NCBI GenBank assembly: GCA_035221665.1 | Contig: CM069162.1 | Location: forward strand, 24,862,001 to 24,926,000 | Origin: Okamejei kenojei | Taxonomy: Eukaryota | Direction: 5' to 3' | DNA length: 64,000 bases | Part shown: one piece after another, positions 39,524-52,449 of the stretch | Numbering within the stretch: the first letter of the stretch is position 1 | Layout of the letters: the number at the start of each line of letters is the position of its first letter | Notes under the pieces: generated by a model | The model's input: only the letters and a program-made list of their open reading frames with translations | Database searches by the model: none | What the model was told of the DNA's origin: nothing | Made by a program: the position numbers and the translations under genes

Positions 39524-39994
39524 ACATGTACTAAAGTGAATGTTATTTACTTAAGTTTTATTAGTTAATATGTCAGCTGTAGATTCAATAAATGACATCA
39601 ATCTGGAAGCAAAGATCTTTTCTATTCGACAACCATTATTTTCAAGCAAAATACCGAAGATGCTGCAAGTCTGAAACTGGACAAAGTGCTGGAATTAATC
39701 AATTGGCCAGGCAACATCTATGGAGATAGAACAGATTTAAGTTTTTCCAAGTCAATTAACTTTTCATCTGAAACATTAATTTTGCTCCTCCCACCAGAAA
39801 TGCTTCTTGATGAGCTGAACATTGTTTTATTCCATTATTTTACGTTCACTGGTATTTCCAGAATCGTGTGAGTTAATATATTAACAAAATGTCCCATTCT
39901 ACCCAATGCCTGCAGATCAATAAAATGACAATCCAAAAAGAAGAATCTTTATGACTCAGTGGCAAATTGGGCCAAGAAACAAATCAATCTGCTA

Positions 39995-40225
39995 CCTACC
40001 AATTTGATCAACGTCTATTAAATATTAAATAGTCATCCTTTTCTTCTTCTATATGGCCCACTTGCAACAATTATAAATCCAGTTAAAGGTTATGTAACCT
40101 ATCTCATGCTCCTGGGGGAGTGTAACCCTTTAGCATCAGTTTACCAGAATACTACTATGAGGGCCATATAGAAGAAGAAAAGGATGACTATTTAATATTT
40201 AATAGACGTTGATCAAATTGGTAGG
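39995..40225. repeat. Perfect 65-bp inverted repeat with 101-bp spacer
   Basis: 39995..40059 is the exact reverse complement of 40161..40225. Confidence 0.95.
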
Positions 40226-40369
40226 GTTGCCATATTTACATTCTGCAGAACTATATATCACTTGTGACCACGGAGATAAACTCAAATTATAATTTCATAA
40301 CAAATAGCGTGACCATAGGCCTGATGGAAATTAGAGACGAGCAGATTCCACAACCTTTTGAGAAATTAT

Positions 40370-40712
40370 AGGCAGCAGAGTGATTCAGTGGGTAGTGCTG
40401 CTGTCTCACCTCCAATTGGTTTGGTCCCAATCTCAGGTGCCATCTACACTGAATTTGCACATTCACCCTGTGATTAGGTGGTTTCTCCTGACTGCTGAGA
40501 TACCTTGCCAGCTCCCAAAGATGCACTGGTAGTTTAAATGGTTACTGTGAATTGTCCCTACTGTGGGTGGGTGGCAGGAGAATGACAGGGGAGTTGATTG
40601 ATTATGAGAGATAATAGGTGCAGCGAGTGGGGCAACAAGACTGATGGGTATGCTGTTAAGAGTCTGCATAGACTGAAGGTCAAATTGATCCCTCTGTGTT
40701 CCATGCTTAAAC
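40370..40712 (+). mobile_element. HE1/V-SINE, decayed full-length copy
   Basis: tRNA-like head ggtagtgctgctgtctcac; V-domain gaatttgcacattcaccctgtg...ggtttctcc; aattgtcccta. Confidence 0.7.
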
Positions 40713-41030
40713 ATTGAGAAGTAAAACTCCAGCTGAGAAAAATATAACCTGGCATAATCTCTTCATAAAAAGTAAAAGAAAGCAAACTGTGAAATTATTC
40801 AAAATGCCTGATGCTACTATACAAAATTTCAATGAAACATTTAACTATAGAGGAGGTTTAATCTTCAATGAACCAAGGGACATTTTCACAGTCCTGATAT
40901 CTTTAATGAATCACTATAATTTTTGTACTGTATTGGTTCCTAATCTAAAATGTCACCGGCTCAAATTAAAAATAGGCAAGATATCAAAATGGTTGTTATT
41001 AGTTTGTGCATGAGAAGAATTATTGCTTAC

Positions 41031-41074
41031 CTAGGCCAAGACATGATACCCTTAGTCCTGATTTTCCAAGGTTT
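41031..41074 (-). CDS. KCNAB2: KCNAB2 exon (R)NLGKSGLRVSCLGL(G)
   Basis: 44 nt, tag|...|gtaagc; matches the start of the Kv beta core. Confidence 0.97.
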
Positions 41075-44000
41075 CTATTACAAAATAAAAATATATGATG
41101 CAATTACAATAAATGAAACAATATTTTGTCAACATTATCATGATATTTAATTGAAGTTCTTGTTCCAATTTGTTCCATCAAGTTAGATCTTATCGTTCGC
41201 TCAATCCTAAATGTTTATCAAATATTTATACCACTTCACCATCACCATTAATAATGGACATTGTAATGTTCAACACTGCCTGAGTGAATGTGGAGGCAGA
41301 TTCTCTCATGACACTAGGACATATCCAGAAGAGTACATCAGTTGCCACGGAATATTAAGAGATGGACCATGTGTTGGTAAATGGGATTAGTATTGATGGG
41401 CATTGCTGGTTGACACGAACATGGTGAATGGTGAATGGAAGGGCCTGGTTTTGTGATGCTCGACTCTCTGACCTGCAACATTAATTCAGTTTTTCACTCA
41501 TTGTGGTTAGTGCCTGATCTACAGGGTATTTCCAGTATTCTTCTTTGTATCAAGTATCTGCCAACTACTGTAGTCTGCATTAGCAAGTCTATTAGCAAGC
41601 CACATTCTTTTATGTTTTTTCTCTCTCTCTCTCTCTATCTGCCCTTATTCATCTGTTAACTAGGTGGCACCAATAGCATTGTGGTCTCCACCCTAACATA
41701 AACATTCTTTATTCCCTCTGTTCCTCTCATCTGCTGCTTAAAATATATTTACGTTTTCCACTTCCCCAATTCTAACGAAGGATCATTGCTCTGAAACATT
41801 AACTCTCATCTTTCTCCATAATACAATTGGGTCTAGTCCAACCTGTGGACTAGACCCAACACATTCTCTTTTAATGAAAAGGAAATTGAGTTCATCAATT
41901 TTTTTGGAGATCCCAGGTGTGTCAGGCAACCGATATAAAGTACTGAGAAAGGAACGGCAAAAGGCACGTGATTAAAGTGTCATATAAAAGGCTACTGCAC
42001 AAGGGCTCAGGGTATTTGGTATATTGACATGGGAAGACAACTGGTTAACTGACAGAAAACAGTGTGGATAAAGAATCAATTTGTTTAATTTCTTAAAGAC
42101 TGCTGCACCACCGATGATCATGTCTTATGTTGTCTATGCTATAAGCTCCAGAATTCTTTCCTTTCAGATCTCTTTCTCACTCTTTTCCTTGTTAAGGTAC
42201 TCCTTAAAAATTGATAGAACATTTGGTCATCTGTAGTTTTCTCGTAAGGCTTAACATCAAATCCTTGTCATAATAATGTGCAGCAAAGTGTGATGGTTTA
42301 TAATTTAAATATTTTATTCTGACTTAGCAATGACAGTTTGGGAAAAGATGACCAGTTGTCAATGTAGCAGATGTTGTTGGTGCCAGAGGATATCAGATAA
42401 AATTCTGGATTAAACATGAGAGATATATTAAGACATCAGTGTGTGGATTCACCATTAGAATCAATCATTAGATTAAATGGCTTTCCACTATTACCAGAAA
42501 AATCTTACATTCTGTGCTTAAATAATAAATAAGTACATTATTAACTTGTGCGTTTAACTATGGAAGAATTTTTATATTATGTTGCGTATTTAAAAATGTA
42601 ATGGAAATGTGATATCACACATGACTTTTAAATTATATTTTTAGACTACTAATGAGAAACCAAGATTACAGATTTCCAATATGATTTACTGGAAGCACAG
42701 AATAGTCAGGACTAATCTTCCTCGAGTTCAAACTAATATAAAGCAGAGCAACAGAATTGATAAGAGAGAAACAAATCTGATTAAAAAAAAGGATGTATGA
42801 AAGACTTGGAATAAACAAACCAAAAGCATCAACAATTCAAAATTGGGAGTGCTGGAAATTAATCAAACTAGATTTCAGAGGATTTTCAGAATTACCAGTG
42901 AACTTTTATGTTTGAAATACAACACTAAAAATCTATTTTTACAAGACCAGGATTATCTTCATTTAACTTGTGCAACACATCCACTAAGCTTTTAGAGCGC
43001 TGATATACCCAGTTTCAAAAACATTCTGATATATTTAAAAAACAACATTTCTCAGTGGATGAGTTTAGGAATCATAAATCGGATAGAAGTTTGCTGCAAG
43101 ATGAATGATGTGATATCTATCCCTGTGAGTGAAGAAGGTCTGATTAAGTGAAGACAAATGACAGTACCCATGTAGGTGCTCAATGCCATTTCAACCAAGA
43201 ATAATGCGGGGATTGATTGTTGAGAAAACAGGACGTTGACCACAAAATGCACCAGAAATAGCATACAGCACATCAACATGCAATACTTGATCAACTGCAT
43301 GCAAAAATGATGTTGGTTCAGCAAGCAGTTCAGAAGCTAATCTAAAAATTGCACTGTCAAATTAATATGAACTCCTCTTGTATTCCCAAATCTCATTTTG
43401 CAGTTTATTTTTAAACCATTTTAAAGGTTAATTTTGAAGATAATTGTTCACAAGAAACAGGATAAATTCAATTACTGCAGTTTTAAGTATCAGTAAAATA
43501 ATCAACGATGCCATCAACTTCCAACAGAAGTGTGGATGCCCACTGATGGCTGCGTAACTCCTCAGCAAACAAGGCAGTGCTTGTGTGCACACAGCAGGAT
43601 CCAGGATAAACTTGATCAGTATAAACAGAAAGTAACAAAAGAAACCCAACAAAAGTGCCATGTAATGACAATTTCCAACAAAAAAAGTCTAATCACCCAC
43701 CCTTGACATTGAATTGCATAATTATCACTGAGCACCCCTTCCCCTCTGCCCTCCCACTATCAACATTCGGGGGATCACCATTGACTAAAACCTCAACTGG
43801 ACAAGCCACCTAATTACATTGGCTACAAGAGCAAGTCAGAGACGGAGTACCCTGCAATAAATGTGTACCTTCCTGACTCTAGAAATCCTTTATGGCATCT
43901 GTAAAATATGTCAGGATCATGGTGGAATATTTAATTTGCCTGGATAAGTGCAGCTCCACCATCTTTCAAAAAGCAATCCATGACAAGTAATTAGTTTGAC

Positions 44001-45319
44001 TAGCACCCCAACCATCCTAAGCATTCATGACCTTCAACATCAGCTGCTGTGTGTATCATATATAATATTGAACCACAGTTCCTTTCCTTGGCCTCTCTGA
44101 AATCACGTCCAAACCTGCGACCTATACAAACAAGGAGGTCCACGGTAGTTAGGAATGCGATCACCTGCGATTTCTCCTCCAGGATGCATACGGTCTTGAT
44201 GTGGAAATATTGTAGTTAGATCTAAACCCTGGAATCCCCTGCCCAACAGCATAATGGGAACACCTTCACCTGAAGTATTGCAGCAGTTTAACAAAGTCAT
44301 TCATCATCAGACCATAAGACAGGAGCAGAATTAGGCCATTCTGTCCATTGAGTCTACTCTGCCATTTGATCATGGCTGATCTACGTTTTCCTCTCAACCC
44401 CATTTTCCTGCCTTCTCCCCGTAGCCTCTGATGCACATCACCTCCTTGGGGGTAATTTGGGATGGACAATAAATGTTGGTGATTAAGGATGGGCAATATA
44501 TGTCCAGATTCTGAAAAAGTTAAATAGATTAAAAACAACTCAACATACAGTAGATGCTGACTACTGCTCCAGAATTTTCCATTTGTGTTTAAATTTTGAG
44601 AAGCTGCAGCATTTGCTTGTTTCTGAGAACAATAACCTCACACTATTGGAAATATATTTGTAACAATAAATTGATTTTAAAATATAAAACATTCAAAACG
44701 GAAATTGGGAAAATTAAGTGTCCGCATGATATACTGCACAACAGATTTATTTCTTCCTCTAAAAATATATTTTGGCACTTCATGATTAATGAATATTTTA
44801 ACAAGTAGATATCCAATTCATAAAAAAGCCACTGGGCTTAATTAATAATGAATAATGGATTTCACTTTCCAAGGACCTGAGATACGTTTACCATGTTTAT
44901 GTGCATTGGTAATATTGAGAAATTTGTAGAGATAAATTTACATTCATAACTTCCATTGGCAGCCAGTACACAATACCAAATGTTGAAAGGGAAGATGATT
45001 TCCAGGCCAATATTAGCAAATCTTAAAGGAGCAATATCCTTTTTGGTTTTCTGCTCGGTCATGCAAATTTCATTTGGACAATTAACTTATTTCTATATTG
45101 GATATTTTAGATTTAGGTTTCTAAGATTGCTATAAGAAAGATTTATTGATGTAAACCCTTCATGAAATAAGCATATTTATCATTTCTGCGGGAAAATGTA
45201 ATGTTTGAAAACGCAATTAAGCATTATTTGAGATAAAGTAATTTTTTCACCATCTTTTCAAACTTTATCTGTAAACAACAGAACGAGGTCTAAAGTTGTG
45301 CCATGATAAAATAAACAAT

Positions 45320-46900
45320 TTCAAGTCTGCAGAGCCTCCTTGGGTAGAGAATTCCAAAAATCTATAAGCTCTTTCATAAAAAAAATCTATCTTAGTCCTA
45401 AATAGCAGACTCATTTTTCCTGAGACGACAGCCCTAAATTCTAAATTTGATAGTCAGTTGAAGCAACTTCACATTCTTTATCCTTTCAATCCAATTCAAA
45501 AACTTACTTCAATAAGAAAATACAGGGCATTCGTACGCAAATGCTCCCAAAATGATAGACCTCTCAATCCAAAGATCAATCAAGTGCATCAATGATACAC
45601 CACATCTAAGTATGTCCCACATTGGATAAGACCAACAAGATCATGTACTATATCAACAATGCTTATTTATTTTGAGACATCAATATTCTTGTAATGAATG
45701 CATTACACTATATACCTTCCAAGTTTTATGTGCTTAACTAGCCCGACATACTACCATTCAGTGGTTTCTTACCATTGAACAAAATCTCTCTTCCTCCCAA
45801 AGTGTATACATTTTTCCACTTTATATATTATTACCACCTTTTTATCTTATTACTTCAGTTGTTTGCATCACTTATCATGCTCTTTGCAGCCTACTTTCCT
45901 AAGGAGTTTGTATCATCGCCGTCTATTCATCCGTCCATTAGCATGGATTGTAAATAGCTCAGTAAATAGTCAATGAAATTGTTAAAAGCATGTGGAAATG
46001 AACATTTTCACTCATTTATTTTTAGTTTTCTGTCCTTTAACCTGATCCCCTCGGTATCAATATATTAACTCCAATCCCCAACTGTGCCTTATTATACGTA
46101 ACGGATCCTTTAGGTGTCATTTGAAATGTTCATCAGCTTCATCCTATTTATTATTGCTAGTTACATCCTCAAAACATTTATTAGATTTGTCAAACTCAAT
46201 TTCTCTTTCATTAAACCATGTTGCCTCTCCCATATCATATAATTTGCTAAGTGCTCGTTAGCACATCCTTAATAATGGCTTTCAGCACTTTTCTGACAGC
46301 TGATATTAGGTTTACTGGTCTTCTGTTCCCTATATTCCCCCTCCCCAGTACTGTTATATATTTAACCTATTCTCAAATCTAGAGTATTGTGCATCCCTTG
46401 CGTCTGCAGCAACCTCCACGTACCCTCGAATTTCCACCATCAGTATGCTGTATTTATTAACTTTTAGTTCACTTAATATCCCTCCCCCCATATGTACTCT
46501 ACATGATTCACTTGAGGTCATTCTCTACTACTACACCTCTGGATCCCCATTATTACTTGTTTATTGTGCCATCTACTGTGAAGACACATACAAAATATTT
46601 GTTTAATACTTCAGCCAATTTCGTTGTGTTAATTGATTCTACATCACAGACCAAGATTTAATTTAGTAGTTTCTTCCGTTTTATTTGGTTGCCGAAATTA
46701 TCCTTTTTTTAAACTTTTGTTGCTTGTTCATTTTTATATTCCATTTTCTATCAACATCTTGCATTGCTCATTCCTAAAACTTCACCAATCTCAGGATTGC
46801 TACTCCGTTTGGGAATAATATGCCTCATTAGCCTCAGATGTTTAATTCTATGGAATGCAGATGCATTCATATCCCTTAAATTATTGTTTTAATCAATCTC
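45320..46900 (-). mobile_element. Highly decayed CR1-like LINE
   Basis: gggtagagaattccaaaaa; agatttgtcaaac...tctctttcattaaaccatgttg; tttactggtc patterns. Confidence 0.5.
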
Positions 46901-46929
46901 AATTCTTCCTTCAAACCTGCATAATTAGC

Positions 46930-47582
46930 ATTATTACCCATATCACCCATCTGAGGTATGCTTTTACGAAATTGTATTCCCTTCGTTTTTACTGCCAGCA
47001 GCGCTAACAGGGGAATATTTTCTTATATTCCCCTTTCTAGCGAACGCCTATGGACTTTACCTGTTTAAAACAGCGGGGAATATAGTCTTATATTCCCCTG
47101 GTCTCACATCCGGGAACTTGGCAACGTGACGGCAACGTGACACTGCGTGCGAAATTTAAAATTTATTCTCAAAACAAACAAAATGGCTGCCGGTTGCGAG
47201 AAGAGGTTCGCGATTTAAAAGTTCGACCTTCACATTGTCACATAAATGAATTACATAAATTACATAAATGAAACATAAATGTTACATTGTTTTAGTACCC
47301 TTATTTACAATGTTGCAATGGTTTTAGTACCCTTATTTACAATGTTGCAATGCATATTGCAAAATGTATAGATACATTCATATCATATGAGATGTTCAGA
47401 TTTTCCTCTAGATGTCTGATAATGGGTAATAATAACAATATTGACTGTCCTCTTTCAGGAGATACGACATATATTGCCCTCACTAGATCCATATTGCCCT
47501 CGTCTTCGACTCGGGCAATATGAATCTACTTCAGGCAATATATGTCGTATCCCCCTCAAGGCCAGTCAATATTCTATTATTA
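46930..47582. mobile_element. Non-autonomous Crypton-like DNA element with a terminal hairpin
   Basis: ATTATTA direct repeats at both ends; subterminal inverted repeat 46931..46956 / 47405..47432; ~155-nt hairpin 47427..47582. Confidence 0.6.
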
Positions 47583-48299
47583 TTCAAATTAATTTCAGCT
47601 GAATTATGTCCCTCCTGAATCAAACAGATGCAAAGAGAGTTCAGATGCAAGAAGATTAAAACACAGTTTAAAATTAGATGAAAGATTGTAAATGTATTTT
47701 GTTCATTTTAAATATCAAATTGTCATTTTTATATTTCCTTTATAAATTCCAATACACCTATTTATAATGAAAACCTTTACCATTCTGTCATTTCATTTCC
47801 TCTGTGCAGATATTTCAATCTTTTCAATGCTACAATGATATAAATACAAATCTGCCAAGGTTACATTGATGAGTTTATAACTCAGATTTAAACACTGGAT
47901 TTCAATCTTAGAAAAAATGTTGAGAGAAAGAATACGATATTATATTTTCAATTTATTAAAACAGACATTTTAAACATCCTACTTTGTAAACAACGGGAAA
48001 TAATTTTGATAAACCACCTTTTAATTAAATATTGAGCCTTTCTGTCTTTGAAAAAATACCACTGAGCAGTTTAAAATTTGCTAAATTCCCTGACTAAACA
48101 ACAATTAAACGCTGGATAACCCTTACTGGTGTTATTAAAGTAATTAGACTGTGACTCCTTAAATGGATACAATTCCATACCCGCAGGATACAACCAATTA
48201 ATAAGCATTCAATTCCTGTCTTTCTAAAACGATACATCAACTTAATAACCATAAAGATCTACCAATATTTTTACATTTCAGGTGATTTTGGCACTACAT

Positions 48300-48968
48300 G
48301 ATCATAAGATATTGGAGGAGAATAAGGCCATTTGGCTGATTCTGTTCCACTATTCGATCATGACTGATCTATTTTTCCTACTCAACCTTGTTCTACTGTC
48401 TTCTCCCCATAACCTTTGATGCCCTTACTAATCAAGAACCTATCCATCTCCGTTTTGAAAATACTCATTGTTGGCCTCCTTGACTTGGCCTCCAACCCTC
48501 GACGAATTCCACAGATTCACCACCCTCCAGCTAAAGAAATTCCTCCTCATCGCCAATCTAAAATGATATCCTTTTATTCTGGTCCTAGACTCTCCCACTA
48601 CTGGCAACATCCTCTCCACATCCACTCTTCAGTAGATTTCAAGGAGATAGCCCCCCCACCTCCCTCATCCTACAAAACGCCAGCGATTACATGCCCAGTG
48701 CTGTCAAACCTGTATCATACATGAACCCAATCATCCCCGGGATCATTCTCGTAAACCTCCTCTGAACCCTCTCCAATGCCTTCCTCAGATATGGGGGCCA
48801 AAATTGCTCACAATATACTAAATATGGTCTGATCAGTGCGTTATAAAGCCTCAGTATTACAGCCATGCTTTCATATGCTGGTCCTCTTGAAATTAATGCT
48901 AACATTGTGTTTGCCTTCCTTACTATCAACTCAACCTGCAAATTAACCTTTTGGGAATCTTGCACAAA
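48300..48968 (-). mobile_element. CR1 3' fragment
   Basis: ORFs 48687..49049 (LYNALIRPYLVYCEQFWPPYLRK..ERVQRRFTRMIPG) and 48440..48625. Confidence 0.9.
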
Positions 48969-51079
48969 GATCAGTATAGGAATGGGTAAGGGAGGTAAGC
49001 TTGTGAGCAACTGGGAGATCCAGCAGGCGTGGAAAGTATACCCATACAAAAACTCGTTAATTCTGGTGTTTGTTTAATTTTAATGATGCAAAAATTATTA
49101 GAAACAGTTAATTTTTATGATTAACATTAAATTGAGTGATGGAAATCCTTTTAGCTGTTATTTCTTTCCTCTGATAACAAGAATTGCCATAACTCTGGAT
49201 TTCTGGATATCAGCAGCTTTCCATAGGCACAGAAAATCGAGTGCTTTGTGTAGAATTTTAAATATTAACATGTTATTTAACCTTGGACAACACACTAGAT
49301 ACTGATCAAAAGACAGGTTGTAGCTGATATTTTCTCTCTCTTTTCGCAACTATCATTCTCCAACTGAGATCACTTAACTTGTACACCATTACAGAAAAAC
49401 TCGTATTGTGGGATCTTCTAATCAAAAGGCTTGAATACTCAAGCAGGTACCTATTTCAGGCTACTGAAATACTTGGAGGATTTCAGTGGCCTGAAATAGG
49501 TACCTGCATGCAGGATTTCAGTCATGCACAGATCAATATTAAAGCATCCAAATTTTGTTAGAGAATCTCAGAAATCCTTGCAAATGTATAAAATAAACAC
49601 AACAGTCGGACTGGTTTGGAGATTTTCTGCATGTAATCATAAAAGCACTATTAGCTATACAAGTGTGATGGTTTGGCAGGACAGTCAATAATGATAAGTG
49701 GCGAATCTGCAGCATCTTGTTCTCCATTTGTCACTTCCGAGCTTCTGTGTCTATGTCTATCCTTCTCTGCCCCATCCGCCGATTAACCCCTCCTCACCTG
49801 TCTCCACTTTTTGTTGCTCACTCTTGCCCACCTCTCCTCCCACCTTTTTATACTGGCTACTTTCCCTCTACTCTTAGATGAAGGGTCTTGACTCACCACA
49901 TATACTATATGATCTGCTGGGTTCCTCTTAAAAAAGACGTTGCTAATACATTTAATGTTAATTGTAAGCATGCGGTCAAAGAATAAGGTGCGGAAAGCAT
50001 GGAAGAACATAGGTTGGATGTTGGAGGTGGTTGAATTGGAGAAAGTGTTCTGATTGGCAGAGCAAGCTTGTTGGGAAACATTGTTGGCCTTTCTTACCCA
50101 TGAGCAGTGTTATAAAAGCACGTGCATCTGGTCGGCCACAAGCCATCTGTTTGCTAAGAGAATGTGTACTAGGAAAGTACTGAATTCCCCAAAGTTAAAA
50201 ATAACCCCTGCGCCCCCCCCAAGGAAAGTAGGATATATCCAATCTAGCAATTGTCTCCAGCCCGTTTACTTCCAAAAAACAAAGGAAGATGTTGGCCTCA
50301 GTGCTGGCAAGCAACACTTACTCTCTAAAAGCCTGTTCACCAAAGCCCAGTTTGGATTTAGGCAGGACCACCAACAGCCTTGGGCCAAAGATCTGAATGT
50401 CAGAGGCGAGGTGAAACCAATTACTCTTAATATGAAGGCAGCAACTGACCTCATATCATCAAGGAACGTTGGTAAAACAATGAGCATCAAGGGAAAAACA
50501 TTCCAATAGTTGGTGGCATGGAGAAATGCAACCTCCTAAGAATTATTTCCTTCCAAGAGCCAAATGGATACCTACTCTATTAAAACACTGGAATTAAAAA
50601 TGTCACTATCCTGTGACCCAAATTTAGCAATTATTTCTGGAATTAAAGTCATGCCCTATATTTCATGAAGCAATTAAAGCACACACCAGTCTCCCCCCAG
50701 CTCATCAAATACAAAGAACACTTTGTTAATTCTGAATAGTTATATTCTATTGCCAAATTACTGAACACAAATATTACACTACAAAGAAACAACCTAATGA
50801 AACTGTGTTTTTCTCTCTCTCTTTTCAAAGATTCAGTTGTCAAATGTAGATTGTATGATAGACTTGTATTTTAGATTAGGACATAGAAAAACATTCACAA
50901 CAAGTTTTTACCGACAGTTAATACAGAGGGAGATATTTTCCAGGAATAAATGGACCAGAAAACTGTAATTCTGAAAATTACTATGTACTTCATTTAGATA
51001 ATATTGATCGCAAAACAGTGCTGTGCAAGTACTCCCATTTTACAAAATTATAACGCTCAGATGAGTTTTTTTTCCATAC

Positions 51080-51291
51080 CTAAACTTCATCCCTGGGTAA
51101 TTTGATCTTAAATCACATGAAGATGCCATGTTTTGCACCGACAGCTGTCCTAAACTTCGGGCAACCATGGCCACTGTTCTGAACTTGCTCTTACTTCCTA
51201 GGTTGGGGCTACTTGCATTGTGCCGATTGAGTCTCTCATCTGTGCCTCTGTTCTTCAGACTATGATCGGTGCACATAAACGACACCTGCAT
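51080..51291 (-). CDS. KCNAB2: KCNAB2 first coding exon (Kv beta-1.1-like N-terminal inactivation-peptide exon)
   Basis: ATG at 51291; MQVSFMCTDHSLKNRGTDERLNRHNASSPNLGSKSKFRTVAMVARSLGQLSVQNMASSCDLRSNYPGMKF(R); 212 nt; phase-2 donor AG|gtatgg in frame with the next exon. Confidence 0.9.
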
Positions 51292-52449
51292 AATTGCTCT
51301 GAAAATCTCTATTGCAGAATTATGTCTTACAGAAAGGATGATCATAGAGTGTCCTCTTGGTGTTGAATGTGTGGTAGCAGATGAAGCTCTCAAGATAAGA
51401 TGGGTAGACTTGCAGCGATTGAATACAGTCTTCAAAATCCAACACTAAGCTTTTAACCAAGAAAAATAGAAAGATCAAACGTCGATAGTAAAAAAATGCA
51501 GCATATTTCATTTTCCTTGGAATTGGCGCATTTGCTCCTTCTTCATGGTCATGTATCCTACCTATGCTTAGTCCTTATAGGTGAATAAAGCTGCTGAATC
51601 TCCAAAGGGTTTATTTATTTTTTTCAATGCCAGCAGTATCTCAAGTGTCAGCGATGTTCTTTCGCTCTCCCCTTATCGTGCTGCAAATTGAAGACAGAAT
51701 TCTTTCAAATCGGAAGACAGATTTCAGCACTCAAGCATACTTCCGACAATCGTTTCCTGTTAATCTTCTTTTTCAAAGTCGTTCCGGAGTGTCATTGTCC
51801 ATAAACTACCAAAGCTAAGTAAGGAAATACTTACCGAAAAGTCCTACGATGAATCCCAAAATCTGCAGCACATTTAACAAAGAAAACTATTATATTTTGT
51901 TAATGCTAACCAGACCGCACCATTTGCATGTATCAATGCAAAGCTAAAGCTTTCCTCAGCCAGTACAGAGGCTTGGCAGCATTACAGTGTGTATAAAAAC
52001 AATTAAGGGCTCACTGGGCTGCATCTAACAAGCAGCATAGAAGTCATGAATAAAATAAAAATTGGTTTGCCAGGGGAATGGGAGAGGTGAAATAGTCCAG
52101 GAGCAGGTGGGTAACTGACTCACTACATCAAGTCTTCACCTGTAGAATATTAGCCACATACAAAACCGTGCTTAAAAGAGCACATCTTTTGTGAGATACA
52201 AAGGTCTACACGGAATAATAAATGTAATTTATAACTTACATTGAACAAGTAACACAAAACCTACCACACATTCATTAAAAAAACATATTCATTATTTATT
52301 TTTTTCAAAACTGATGAACATCAGTTTTTATTACTGCAAGTAAATAATCAAACAAAGTATCTAATAGACCAAAATTATTTTAAAAAGAGTTTAGTAACAT
52401 CACTCAGACATTATTAAATTATATCATTACTATTTTTGGAGTGAAAAAT

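Noticed and set aside
3940-51291. Assignment as KCNAB1 because of the MQVS N-terminus
   Set aside because: Core residues and the GDPFSSSKSRTFIIE cassette are beta-2-type.
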